From contig CAVVXN010000005.1 in the NCBI GenBank assembly GCA_963752285.1, positions 1,824,001 through 1,888,000 on the forward strand: DNA of 64,000 nucleotides. Reading direction: 5' to 3'. Of this stretch, positions 1 to 9,622 are shown one piece after another. The notes under the pieces were generated by a model. The model did no database searches, had not been told where the DNA came from, and saw nothing but the letters and a program-made list of their open reading frames with translations. The stretch is from an uncultured Planctomycetota bacterium (GTDB taxonomy: Bacteria > Planctomycetota > PLA2 > JAEUHO01). Both the position numbers and the translations under genes were made by a program. The first letter of the stretch is position 1. Every line of letters starts with the position of its first letter.

Positions 1-113
1 GACGCCGCGAGGAGTGCGGTCGCCAGGTGCGGCAGGATCCGCCAGAGGATCCGGGCGAGCCGGATCCGGGGCACGAGGAGGATCCGGCGGCGCGCGCCGA
101 GATCGGACGTCAC
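1..113 (-). CDS. 5' end of a probable membrane protein running off the window edge (possibly the channel part of an MscK/MscS-like unit)
   Basis: GTG at 113-111 overlaps the TGA of the upstream ORF (GTGA). It reads MTSDLGARRRILLVPRIRLARILWRILPHLATALLAA.. with no stop before position 1. Confidence 0.5.
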   Translation of the reverse strand, partial: MTSDLGARRRILLVPRIRLARILWRILPHLATALLAA

Positions 114-2908
114 GACGGGTCCCTCCGCGACGAGGTGGCCCGCTCGGCGGCGGCCTCGGACGGAGCCGCGGGACGGACGTCGCCGCCATCGATCTCCGGA
201 TGCGCCTCGGCGAGGTCCGCCGGGGGGGGCTCCACCTCACCGGGGCTCGCGGCGGGATCGGTGGGATCGGAGGTCTCGGAGGTCTCGGAGGTCTCCACCC
301 CCACCGCCGGGCCGTCCGCCTCTTCCGGACCGGACTCGGGTGCCTCGGGCTCCTCGGACGCCGGCTGGACGCCCTGGAGCCGCTCCTCCGCCGTGGCCTT
401 CGCCTGGGCCTCCTGCTCCTTGCGCGCCTTCTCCTGGATACGTTCGCTCGACACGCCGGCACCCGACCACCTGAGGTGCTGGATCCGCGCCGCGCGGTCC
501 TCGATCCAACGGTCGATGCGACGGCGCCCGAACGCCACGACGAGCGCGAGGAGGACCACCGCGGCGATCGACAGGACGACGGAGACGAGATGCGCCCCCA
601 CCCATCCCGAGAGCGACGGGTCGCCGTTTCCCCCGAGGAACCGCGCGGCCTCGGCCACGCCGCCGGCGGTGTCCTCGATCGCACCGACGAGGTCCGCCGG
701 GTCCATCTCGTCGTGGTATCGGATCGAGAGGCTTCGCGTGCCCTGGTGGAGGAGGAGCTTCTGGTACGCGCGCGTCGCCTGGAGGAGGTCGCGGTAGCGC
801 GCCCGGATCCCCTCGATCGCCTCCATCGCCTGGGAGAAGTCCTTGCGAAGCGCCTCCACGCGTTCGGGCAGTCGGTAGGCCGCGTACCAGGGATCGGCCG
901 CCGCGAGCGCGCCGAGCGCGGCGTCGGCCTTCTGCCCCGCCACGTCGAACCGGTCCCGGAGCGCCTGGTCGCCCTCCGTCGCCGTGAGCGCCGCCTCGAG
1001 CCGCCGGATCTGCTGGGTCGCCACCTCGTAGTGGAGGGCCACCTCGTCCGCCCCGAACGCGGAGTAGAGCTCCGGGTCCTCGAGCGCGCGACGCGCGGTC
1101 TGGATCAGCCCGAGGTCCCACCGGTAGGCGCGCGGGTCCCGGACCGAGGGCGAGAGCTCGCGCCGGGGCGCGGCGACGGTCTCGCCCTCGGCGCCGCTCT
1201 TCGTCTCGGTCGTCGCGGGAGCCGCCTCGGACGACTTCGAACCCGCGGCCGTGGTGGCGGCCTCGGACAGGGTCCGACGTCGTTTCACGGCCTCCTCGAC
1301 GACCGCGCTCAAGTCGAGCACCGCCTGGCGAGCCGTGATGCGCAGCGCGCCGGGCGAGCCCGGTTTGGGATGGCGCGCCTCCTCACGGCGGATGTCCTCG
1401 CGGAGCTGGAGCGCGTCGAACTGGAGTCGCCCCAGCTGCCGCTGGTTCCGCAGGTCCTGGAGGCGCGCGGCGAATGCCCGGCTCTTCGCCTCTGCGGCCT
1501 CGGCTTCCTTCTTCTCGATCTCCAGGAGGCTGTCGAGGAGCTGCCGGCGTTCGTCCGCACGGAGCACGGTGTGGGAGATCATCCTGAGGTCGAGCGACGC
1601 GAGGGACTCCTGCGCCTCCAGGACGCGCAACGCGAGGCTGCGGCTGGGCGCCGTGCCCTCCGGGGCGCCCTCGCGCGACTTCTGCTCCTCGATCTTCGTG
1701 GAGAAGTACGCGGCGAGGCTTCGCCAGTGCCCGACCTCGACGGCGATGCGGTCGAGGAGGTCGAGGACCGACTGGCGCTCCGCAGCGCGCCGGTCGGCCT
1801 GCTCCCGGTAGCGCTGCGCGCGCACGGACTTCTCCCGGACGGTCGTCTCGTCGAGGATGCCGGTGGTCGGGTCCTCCGCGTCGATCGCCTTCAGACGCTG
1901 GTCGGCCTGCTCGCGCCGCAGCCACAGGAACGGCCGGTTGTAGGCGAAGGGATCCGGCTCGACGATCACGAACCGCTGGAGCGTGCTGAGGTCGTCCGGC
2001 GCGTCCTTCGCGTACTGCGGCGCCCGTTTCGCGAGGTTCAAGAGGTCCGTCACCTGCTCCTGGCACTCGAGCGGGAGGATCTGCTTGTTCCGGAGCGTCC
2101 CCTTCTCGTGAACGAGCACCCACTTCTTCCACGCGTCGGGGTCGCCCGCGGTCTCGGGCGGTGGGGTCAAGGACGTGGCGTCGCCGACGGCCGGCGCCTC
2201 GGCGGGCGCCGGCGAGAGCGGGTCGATGGGCGCCGCCGGCGGCTTCGTGTCCCCGCCCGGCGCCCGCGGAACCGGCGCGGGCGCGGCCGGCGGGGGCCCC
2301 GCGGGCGCGGGGCCGCTCGCTCCGGGCGCCTCGCTCGGGGCGGTCGTCGAAGGGGCGGGCGTCGAAGGGGCGGGCGCCGTTCCGGGCACCGGCGCGGCGG
2401 CCGTCGGTGCCGGGACCGGCGCGGGCGGGTTCGCCTCGTATGGGTACGGGACGACCGGACCGGAGGGCTCCCCCCGCTTCAGGACCTGGACGCCGACGCC
2501 GCAACGCTCCTCGCCCTTGAGCCAGCGAAGGAGGAGGTCCGCCTCGACGAGCGCCCCCTGCTGCGCCACGTCGGAGGAATCGGCGTCGTCGTCGTCGGTC
2601 GCTCCGAGGAAGAGCTTCCGCTCCTCGAGCGTCTGGCGGAGGGTGTCGTAGAGCGCCTCCTCCTCGGGCTTCGGATCGTAGGCCGTGTAGAAGTTCCCGT
2701 CGTCCCGGAGCGTCTTCCTCAAGCCGACCAGGGCGCCGGACTGGAGGTTCCCGGTCCCGATCGCCTGCCGCGCGTCCTCGATCAGCTGCTGGCGGGCGAA
2801 GGCACGGCCCTCCTCGTCCGTGTCCCCGCACGCGGGACGCCCCGGCGCGAGCCCGAGCCCCACCCACGCGAGGAGGAGAACGATCGTGAGCCGCCGCGTC
2901 CGAGACAC
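110..2908 (-). CDS. Large exported coiled-coil protein with one C-terminal TM helix and acidic tail (resembles the periplasmic part of MscK-type channels)
   Basis: Start re-called to GTG 2908: signal peptide MSRTRRLTIVLLLAWVGLGLAPGRPACG, with a TAGACT -10 box 7 nt upstream. Pro/Ala linker, long helical region, TM WVGAHLVSVVLSIAAVVLLALVVAFG. Confidence 0.6.
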   Translation of the reverse strand: MSRTRRLTIVLLLAWVGLGLAPGRPACGDTDEEGRAFARQQLIEDARQAIGTGNLQSGALVGLRKTLRDDGNFYTAYDPKPEEEALYDTLRQTLEERKLFLGATDDDDADSSDVAQQGALVEADLLLRWLKGEERCGVGVQVLKRGEPSGPVVPYPYEANPPAPVPAPTAAAPVPGTAPAPSTPAPSTTAPSEAPGASGPAPAGPPPAAPAPVPRAPGGDTKPPAAPIDPLSPAPAEAPAVGDATSLTPPPETAGDPDAWKKWVLVHEKGTLRNKQILPLECQEQVTDLLNLAKRAPQYAKDAPDDLSTLQRFVIVEPDPFAYNRPFLWLRREQADQRLKAIDAEDPTTGILDETTVREKSVRAQRYREQADRRAAERQSVLDLLDRIAVEVGHWRSLAAYFSTKIEEQKSREGAPEGTAPSRSLALRVLEAQESLASLDLRMISHTVLRADERRQLLDSLLEIEKKEAEAAEAKSRAFAARLQDLRNQRQLGRLQFDALQLREDIRREEARHPKPGSPGALRITARQAVLDLSAVVEEAVKRRRTLSEAATTAAGSKSSEAAPATTETKSGAEGETVAAPRRELSPSVRDPRAYRWDLGLIQTARRALEDPELYSAFGADEVALHYEVATQQIRRLEAALTATEGDQALRDRFDVAGQKADAALGALAAADPWYAAYRLPERVEALRKDFSQAMEAIEGIRARYRDLLQATRAYQKLLLHQGTRSLSIRYHDEMDPADLVGAIEDTAGGVAEAARFLGGNGDPSLSGWVGAHLVSVVLSIAAVVLLALVVAFGRRRIDRWIEDRAARIQHLRWSGAGVSSERIQEKARKEQEAQAKATAEERLQGVQPASEEPEAPESGPEEADGPAVGVETSETSETSDPTDPAASPGEVEPPPADLAEAHPEIDGGDVRPAAPSEAAAERATSSRRDPS

Positions 2909-2961
2909 GCGGCCCAGTCTACGGGGGCCGGGACCGCCCCTCCCGTCGTGGCCGCCGTCCC

Positions 2962-3912
2962 TCACAGCCAGCCCCGCCGCCGGAACCAGAGCAGCATGAG
3001 GGACGAGAGCCCGAGCATCCCCAGGAGGGTCGTCCAGAACCCGAGTGGGTCGTGGAGCCCCGGGATCGCGTCGAAGTTCATGCCGAAGATGCCCGCGACG
3101 ACCCCGAGCGGCATCATGATCGTCGCGATCACCGTGAGGATGCGCATGGTCTCGGAGAGACGCGTGTTCTGGGACGAGAAGTAGGCGTCACGCGCGCCAC
3201 CGACGCCCTCGCGGACGCCCTCCAGGAGGTCGTAGATCCGAAGGCAGTGGTCATACGCGTCCCGAAAGTACGGCAGGATCTTCTTCGAGAGGACGCGGTG
3301 CTCGGTGCGGCTGAGGGAGAGGCACACGTCGCGCTGGCTGCGCATGGTCCGCAGGAGGTACGAGACGTCGCTCCTCAGCGAGAGGATGTCCACGAGCACC
3401 TCCGGCCGCGCCGCCTCGATCGCCGCGCCCTCGAGCCGCTCGCACTCGTCGATCTCGTCGTCCACGCGCCGCTCGAAGGCATCCATCGTGTGATCGAGGA
3501 GCGCGTGGCCGATCCGCTCCGGCGCGCCGAGGAAACGCACGGGCTCCTTCAGGACGCGCGACTCCACCTCGTCGGCGCAGACGAGCTCGGCCCGGAAGAC
3601 GCTCACGACCCATGTCTTGCCGAGGAAGACCGCGACCTTCCGCGTGGTCCCGTCGTCGTCCATCTGGGGCGAGTGCGCGATCCAGAACAGATGGTCCTCG
3701 AAGTCCTCGATCTTGGGCGGGTGCCCGGGGTTCAGCGCGTCCTCCATCGCCAGCTCGTGGAGCGGCAGGAGATCGGCGAGCGTCTTCTGCTCGACCGCGT
3801 CGGGGGCGACCACCATGAACCAGACGCGCTCGTCCCCCCGGGGCATCCGGACGGAGCCCGCCCCGTACTCGGTCACGACACCCCCGTCCACGAGCCGATG
3901 CGTGCGGATCAA
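2962..3912 (-). CDS. corA: Magnesium/cobalt transporter CorA family
   Basis: LHELAMEDA..HPPKIEDF, two C-terminal TM helices, GIFGMNF (GMN) signature, WFRRRGWL end. Confidence 0.93.
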   Translation of the reverse strand: MIRTHRLVDGGVVTEYGAGSVRMPRGDERVWFMVVAPDAVEQKTLADLLPLHELAMEDALNPGHPPKIEDFEDHLFWIAHSPQMDDDGTTRKVAVFLGKTWVVSVFRAELVCADEVESRVLKEPVRFLGAPERIGHALLDHTMDAFERRVDDEIDECERLEGAAIEAARPEVLVDILSLRSDVSYLLRTMRSQRDVCLSLSRTEHRVLSKKILPYFRDAYDHCLRIYDLLEGVREGVGGARDAYFSSQNTRLSETMRILTVIATIMMPLGVVAGIFGMNFDAIPGLHDPLGFWTTLLGMLGLSSLMLLWFRRRGWL

Positions 3913-4012
3913 GTACCCTCCCGGGGGCCGATTGTAGCCCTCGGGACCGCGCCCGAGGGACCGCGCCGGCGGCCTCGCCGGCTACACTCGCCCCACCCGC
4001 CATGGACCGCGC

Positions 4013-4088
4013 GGGGGCGTAGCTCAAGTGGTAGAGCAGCGGCCTTTTAAGCCGTAGGTTCAGGGTTCGATTCCCTGCGCCCCCACCA
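4013..4088 (+). tRNA. tRNA-Lys (TTT)
   Basis: Acceptor GGGGGCG/CGCCCCC, D-arm GCTCAAGTGGTAGAGC, anticodon arm GCGGC-CTTTTAA-GCCGT, GGTTCGATTCC T-arm, encoded CCA; TACACT -10-like box at 3983-3988. Confidence 0.97.
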
Positions 4089-4519
4089 CCTCTTCTCGCC
4101 CCAACCTGCGGCTCGCCCCGCGCGTGCGGAGGATCCACGTCCCCGCCCCCCCGGTAGGGCCGGTCGCGGTTCGAGAGAAGCGTCACGCCGCACCTCGGAG
4201 GCGAAGTGGCCGCCCGGGTCCGCCGGCTCGACGCCTCGTCCCATCTACGGCCGGGACCGGGAGCCGTACGCCTCGTACCGGGAGACCCGGTGTCGTGGGA
4301 ACGGCTTCCCCGAGGGTACGCGGAACGCCTCGTACTCGGCCTGCGGCGCGTCGTTCGCGCCCGCGAGCTCAAGGGGCATCCCGGCGCCGCGTGCCCGTGC
4401 GGCGCTCCTCCTCGTCCGACCGGGGCGGGACGGCCTCTTGGGGCGAGGGCGATTCAGGCAGAGACTGGGGCCGCGGGGGACGTGTCGTCCCGTCTCGCCT
4501 CCGGACCGCGGGCGCCCTC

Positions 4520-4995
4520 CGGGAAGCCGAGATCGATCTCCGGAGGCTCGCCCGTGCCGACCTCGCCCCGTTCCACGGCGGGGTCCGCCAGACGCACGTC
4601 GTCGCGAACGACGGTCCCGGCCGGTGACCGCGCCGGGCGGAGGTCGATGCCGGGTACGGGACACTCGTGGCCGGACGGGCCCCCCCGCCGGCGAGCGTCG
4701 GCGGGCGCTTCGCGGCGCCGGCGGCCCCGGCACGGACGCGCCGCATCCGCGACGGCGAAGCGACCCCACGCGCGATCGACGTCGAGGACGCGTCCCACGG
4801 CATGGACCTCGTCCCCGGCGAGGCCTCGCCTCCGGGACGCGGGCTCGGTCCCCTCCGGGTCCGTGCCTTCGGCGATCGCGTGGCGTTGGAACCCGTTCGC
4901 GGTCGCCGTCGTCGCGGACCCCGGCTCGTCGAACCCGCGCTCCGTGCGGGCGTTCGAGAAGGCCGGGTCCCGGCGGCGGCGCCGGGTCGTGCCGG
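4520..4995 (+). pseudogene. Degraded GNAT acetyltransferase (AAC(6')-like / siderophore-acetyltransferase-like)
   Basis: Three collinear fragments: EIDLRRLARADLAP..RQTHV, an in-frame TGA at 4625-4627, HGMDLVPGEASPPGRGLG, then in another frame VVADPGSSNPRSVRAFEKAG. Confidence 0.6.
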
Positions 4996-5060
4996 CCACG
5001 CGAGGGTGCGGCGACCTCCGGCTCCGGCGGGACCGAGCGGCGGGACGCGGGGTCGACGCC

Positions 5061-5621
5061 TCAGACCTCGAGGAGGTCCTTCGACTTCCGCTCCACGACG
5101 TCCTTCACCTTGCCCTCGTAGCGCTTCGTCAGCTCCTGGATGTCGTCCTTCAAACGCGTCGCGTCGTCCTCGGTGATCGCCCGGTCGGCGAGCAGGGCGT
5201 CCACCTGCTTGTTCGCGTCGCGCCGGATGTTCCGGATCGACACGTTCGTCTGCTCGCCGTTGTCCCTCACGACCTTCGCGAGCTGCTTCCGGCGCTCCTC
5301 CGAGAGGGGCGGCAACGTGATCCGGATCACCTTCCCGTCGTGGCTGGGGTTCAGACCCAGGTCGGAGGCCTGGATGGCCTTCTCGATCTCCTTCAGGATC
5401 GACGGGTCGTACGGCTTGATGAGGATCTGGCGAGGCTCGGGGCAGCCGATCTGCGCGAGCTGGCCCAGCGGCGTCTCGGTGTCGTAGGCCGACACCCGGA
5501 GCTTGTCCACGAGCGCGGGGCTCGCGCGACCCGACCGCATGCCCCCGAGCTCGCCGCCCAGGTGGGTCACGGCCGCGTCCATGCGCTCCTCGGCGTCGAG
5601 CAGGATCTCGTCGGCGTCCAT
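5061..5621 (-). CDS. frr: Ribosome recycling factor
   Basis: MDADEILLDAEERMD..MRSGRASPALVD..PPLSEERRKQL..IRNIRRDAN; ATG overlaps the pyrH stop. Confidence 0.97.
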   Translation of the reverse strand: MDADEILLDAEERMDAAVTHLGGELGGMRSGRASPALVDKLRVSAYDTETPLGQLAQIGCPEPRQILIKPYDPSILKEIEKAIQASDLGLNPSHDGKVIRITLPPLSEERRKQLAKVVRDNGEQTNVSIRNIRRDANKQVDALLADRAITEDDATRLKDDIQELTKRYEGKVKDVVERKSKDLLEV

Positions 5622-6355
5622 CAGCGGGTCTCCTCCACGGCGCCGACGGTCGTCCCGATGTCCTCGCCCCGGAGCACCCCGACGAGGTTCCCCGAGACGC
5701 CCATCTCGAACACGACGATCGGCAGGCGGTTCTCGATGCACATGGTGATGGCGGTCCGGTCCATCACCTCGAGCTTCAGGCGGTACACGTCCTCGAACGA
5801 GACGCGCGTGAAGCGCCGCGCGTCGGGATGGACGACCGGATCCTTGTCGTACACGCCGTCCACCTGCGTGCCCTTGAGGAGCACCTCGGCGCCGATCTCC
5901 ACGCCGCGGAGCGCCGCGGTCGTGTCGGTCGTGAAGAACGGGTGTCCCGAGCCACCGGCCAGGATCACGACCCGTCCCCGCTCGAGGTGGCGCATGCAGC
6001 GCCGGCGGATGTACGGCTCGGCGACCGTGCGGATCTCGATCGCCGAGAGCACCCGCGTCGGGATGCCCCGGCTCTCGAGCACGTCCTGGAGGGAGAGCGC
6101 GTTGATGACCGTCGCGAGCATCCCCATGTAGTCCGCCGTCGCGCGCCCGAGGCCTTGGATGCGCGTCTGGCCCCCGCGGAGGATGTTCCCCCCGCCGTTC
6201 ACCACGGCGATCTCGGCGCCGAGCTCGTAGGCGCGCGCAATCTCCTCGGCGAGCCGTCCGACGGCTTCCTCCCGGATCGTGCCGGCGCCGGGCGTCGAGA
6301 AGGCCTCTCCCGAGACCTTGAGCAGCACCCGTTTCCAGCGCAACCCGTCCGTCAC
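5621..6355 (-). CDS. pyrH: Uridylate kinase
   Basis: RVLLKVSGEA, GGGNILRG, ADYMGMLATVIN, PFFTTDTTAALR; start re-called to GTG 6355. Confidence 0.97.
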   Translation of the reverse strand: MTDGLRWKRVLLKVSGEAFSTPGAGTIREEAVGRLAEEIARAYELGAEIAVVNGGGNILRGGQTRIQGLGRATADYMGMLATVINALSLQDVLESRGIPTRVLSAIEIRTVAEPYIRRRCMRHLERGRVVILAGGSGHPFFTTDTTAALRGVEIGAEVLLKGTQVDGVYDKDPVVHPDARRFTRVSFEDVYRLKLEVMDRTAITMCIENRLPIVVFEMGVSGNLVGVLRGEDIGTTVGAVEETR

Positions 6356-6360
6356 GCGCG

Positions 6361-7224
6361 TCAGCCTCCGAGCTGGGCGCGGTGGAACGCGACGATCCGC
6401 GCCCGCCGGGCGGCCAGCATCTGGCCCACCGTCTCCTCGTTGCCCGGGAGCGCCCAGACCTGCTCCGTGAGGACGGCCTGCTTGAAAAACGCCGCGAGCT
6501 TCCCCTCCACGACCTTCTCCACCACCTGCGGCGGCTTGCCCTTCATGCGGGGATCCCCGTTCACCTGACCGCGGATGATCTCGAGCTCGTGCGACGTCAC
6601 GCTCTCGGGCACCTCGTCGCGCGTCACGGCCGCGGGGCGGGCGAACACGATGTGCATGCAGAGCTGGCGCGCGAACGCGGCGAGCTCGGGATCGGGCTGG
6701 TCGGCGGCGAGCGACACGATCGCGCCGTGCTTCTGGTCGTGGTGCAGATAGCCGCCCACCACGCCCGGGGCGTCGGCGGCGACCTGCGCAAGCGTGACGA
6801 CCCGGATGTTCTCGTTGATCTTCGCGACGAGGTCGGTCAGCGCCTGTTCGACGGTCTCGCCGGTGCCCCCCTTCCACGGCCGGCTCATCAGGTCGTCGAC
6901 GCTGGCGGGCGACGCCTGCTCCACCTGGTCCACGAGGCGCTCGGCGAAGTCCTGGAACATGTCGAGGCGCGCGACGGGTTCGGTCTCGCATCCCAGCGCC
7001 ACGAGCGTCGCGCGCCGGTGGTCGTCGGCGACGCGGATGCGCACCAGCCCCTCCTTCGTGGTTCGGTCCGCCCGCTTCTCGACGGCCTTCGCCCCCTCCT
7101 TGCGGAGACGGTCGACGGCCTTCTCGAAATCGCCGCCCTCCGCCTCGAGCGCGCGCTTGCACTGCATCATGGGCATGCCCGTGGCGGCGCGGAGGTCCAT
7201 CACCTCCTTGGCCGTGATCGTCAT
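6361..7224 (-). CDS. tsf: Elongation factor Ts
   Basis: MTITAKEVMDLRAATGMPMMQCKRAL..CETEPVA..GKPPQVVEKVVEGKL; AAGGAG RBS. Confidence 0.97.
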   Translation of the reverse strand: MTITAKEVMDLRAATGMPMMQCKRALEAEGGDFEKAVDRLRKEGAKAVEKRADRTTKEGLVRIRVADDHRRATLVALGCETEPVARLDMFQDFAERLVDQVEQASPASVDDLMSRPWKGGTGETVEQALTDLVAKINENIRVVTLAQVAADAPGVVGGYLHHDQKHGAIVSLAADQPDPELAAFARQLCMHIVFARPAAVTRDEVPESVTSHELEIIRGQVNGDPRMKGKPPQVVEKVVEGKLAAFFKQAVLTEQVWALPGNEETVGQMLAARRARIVAFHRAQLGG

Positions 7225-7436
7225 CGCAAGCAACTCCTTGCTCCCCCCGGCTCTCCTCTGGACCCGCGGCGCGCGGGCGTCGCGCGTGGCGCGACCCTCG
7301 GGTCGCGCGACGGTCCGGCGCGCCGGCGGACCGACCGCGTCCGCGCGACGGGGGCCAGGCCCCCGACACGCCCGCACGCGACCCGGCCCTGCCCGAACAT
7401 GCTCGACCCCTCGGCGGGCGCCACGAACGGGTCCGC

Positions 7437-8315
7437 CTACGCCGGGGACTCCGGCCCCGCGCCCTCGGACCCCGTATCCGTCCCGCCCGTGCGGCGACGC
7501 TCGGCCTCCTCGCGCAAGCGGCGCTGCCACTCGGCGGTGACCTGCTGGCGCTGGCGGTCCGCCTCGCGGCGCGCGTCTTCCTCGCGCTGCCGGTCGGCCT
7601 CGACCTTCTCGCGCTCGGCGACGACGGCGCCCCAGGCGCGCGAACCCTCCTCGACGGCGTCCGCGAGCTTGTCGAGGACCAGGCGGACGGACCGCATGGC
7701 GTCGTCGTTGCCCGGGATCGGGATGTCCACCAGGTCCGGGTCGCAGTCGGTGTCGAGCAGCGCGACCACGGGGATCGACGTCTTGTTGCTCTCGGCGACG
7801 GCGATGTGCTCGTGCTTCGGGTCCACCACGACGATGACGGCCGGCACCTTCTCGAGGTCGCGGATGCCCTCCAGGTTCTTGAGGATCTTCCGCTTCTCGG
7901 TGCGGTGGCGCGCCTGCGCCTTCTTCTTCATCGCCCCGACGATGCCGCTCTGCTCCTCGTCCTCGAGCTCCTGGAGCCGGGCGAGACGACTGCGGATCGT
8001 CTGGAAGTTCGTCAGCGTCCCGCCGAGCCACCGGCCCGTGACGTAGGGCATGCTCGTACGCGTCGCGACCGCACGCACGGCTTCGCGCGCCGAGCGCTTC
8101 GTGCCCACCCACAGGATCTTCCCGCCCTCGGAGCTCACGTTCTTCAGGTAGTTGCTCGCCCGAACGAGGCCGCGCACCGTGGACTTCAGGTCGATGATGT
8201 GGATGGCGTTGCGCTTCCCGTGGATGAACGGGCGCATCTTGGGGTTCCACCGGCTGGCGCGGTGGCCGAAGTGGACCCCGTTCTCGAGCAGGGCGTCGAC
8301 GGTGATCGAGGACAA
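7437..8315 (-). CDS. rpsB: 30S ribosomal protein S2 (TTG start, charged C-terminal extension)
   Basis: LLENGVHFGHRASRWNPKM, RWLGGTLTNF, IPGNDDA; AGGAG 5 nt before TTG 8315. Confidence 0.97.
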   Translation of the reverse strand: MSSITVDALLENGVHFGHRASRWNPKMRPFIHGKRNAIHIIDLKSTVRGLVRASNYLKNVSSEGGKILWVGTKRSAREAVRAVATRTSMPYVTGRWLGGTLTNFQTIRSRLARLQELEDEEQSGIVGAMKKKAQARHRTEKRKILKNLEGIRDLEKVPAVIVVVDPKHEHIAVAESNKTSIPVVALLDTDCDPDLVDIPIPGNDDAMRSVRLVLDKLADAVEEGSRAWGAVVAEREKVEADRQREEDARREADRQRQQVTAEWQRRLREEAERRRTGGTDTGSEGAGPESPA

Positions 8316-8415
8316 GGAGGCTCCTAGCGCGCCGGCCGATGGCGCACGATTGGCGGCACGCCGGCCGAGAGGCCGACGGACCCACCCGCACGCCCGGTGC
8401 GGATGGAAGGCGACG

Positions 8416-8443
8416 AGTGTAGCGGTCCCCCAAGGGAGGTCAA
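8416..8443 (-). promoter_or_regulatory. Sigma70-type promoter of rpsB-tsf-pyrH-frr
   Basis: TTGACC-N16-TACACT on the minus strand about 100 nt upstream of rpsB. Confidence 0.65.
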
Positions 8444-8515
8444 GGGGGGCGCGAGCGCGTAAGTGCGGCGCGGCGAACAGGTTGCGTCCGTCCCTCCGGC
8501 CGCCGCCGTGGGCCC

Positions 8516-9622
8516 CTACCCTACGGCGTCGGGACGGCGCCGCGCGGCCGGGATCTCGCGCCGGCCGAGGTCCAGCAGGATCCGCTCGGCCAGGCGCAGG
8601 GCCCTCAGCCCCTCGCCGCCGCCGACCCGGGCCCGGCGTCCCGTCCGGATCGCGTCCACGAGGGCCACGATCTCCTCGCGAAGCGGTTCCGCGTCGCCGA
8701 TCTCGAGCGGCTCCACGAGGAAGCCCTTCGGCAGGGACGGGGCCTCGAAGACCTCCCGCTTCAAGCGCTCGAGTGCGCGGTCGATCTCGCCCCCCGCCTC
8801 CTCGAGGACCCGGCGGACGCGGGCCCAGGAGGCGACGGAGCGGCTCCCGCCCTCGTCGGGCCGCGGCGGCACGACCAGGAGCGCCTGCCGGGCGTCGTAG
8901 TCGAGCGCGAGGTACCCGTCGCGCGAGAAGATCCGGAACCGCCGCATGCGGTGCAGCGACACGCGGCTCGCCGTCACGTTGGCCACGCAGCCGGAGGGGA
9001 ACGTGATCCGGGCGTTCGCGAGGTCCTCGTGGGGACCGACGACGGGCACGCCCACCGCCTCCACCCGCTCGGCCTCCTCCCCCACGACGTGGTTGAGGAG
9101 ATCGAGGTCGTGGATCATCATGTCCATCACGACGCCCACGTCGGCGCCGCGGTGGGGATAGGGGGCGAGACGGTGCACCTCGACGAACGCCGGCGCCGCG
9201 CCGAGCCGACCGAGGGCGCTCATGACGGGGTTGAAGCGCTCGACCAGCCCGACCTGGAGCACGGCGTTTCCCGCCTTGGCCGCCTCCATCAGCGCCTCGG
9301 CGTCCGCGCTGCTCCCCGCGAGCGGCTTCTCGACGAGACAGTGGACGCCCCGGCGCAGCAAGGGCTCGGCGATCCTGCGGTGGTCCACGGTGGGCACGGC
9401 GACCGAGACGACGTCCACCGGCTCGGGCAGCTCGCTCACGCAACGTACGAGCGGCACGCCGAGCCGCTCCGCGACCTCCTTCGGCGGGCCCGGGTCGATG
9501 TCCACGAGCCCCACGAGGCGGACGCCTCCGTGGGTCTGCTCGATCTCGCGGTAGATGCGTGCGTGGTGGCGCCCGAAGGCGCCGACGCCGATCACGGCCG
9601 CCCGGAGGACGCCCGGCGTCAC
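8516..9622 (-). CDS. Gfo/Idh/MocA oxidoreductase (GnnA-like by context)
   Basis: AAVIGVGAFGRHHAR, LVEKP, ERFNP, DMMIHDLD; GTGA-coupled to lpxA. Confidence 0.85.
   Translation of the reverse strand: MTPGVLRAAVIGVGAFGRHHARIYREIEQTHGGVRLVGLVDIDPGPPKEVAERLGVPLVRCVSELPEPVDVVSVAVPTVDHRRIAEPLLRRGVHCLVEKPLAGSSADAEALMEAAKAGNAVLQVGLVERFNPVMSALGRLGAAPAFVEVHRLAPYPHRGADVGVVMDMMIHDLDLLNHVVGEEAERVEAVGVPVVGPHEDLANARITFPSGCVANVTASRVSLHRMRRFRIFSRDGYLALDYDARQALLVVPPRPDEGGSRSVASWARVRRVLEEAGGEIDRALERLKREVFEAPSLPKGFLVEPLEIGDAEPLREEIVALVDAIRTGRRARVGGGEGLRALRLAERILLDLGRREIPAARRRPDAVG

Noticed and set aside
4095..4447. 10-bp inverted repeat CTCGCCCCAA / TTGGGGCGAG after tRNA-Lys, and a 44-aa ORF (4245-4379, minus)
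   Set aside because: The repeat does not extend and has no target duplication; the ORF has no recognisable motif or RBS.
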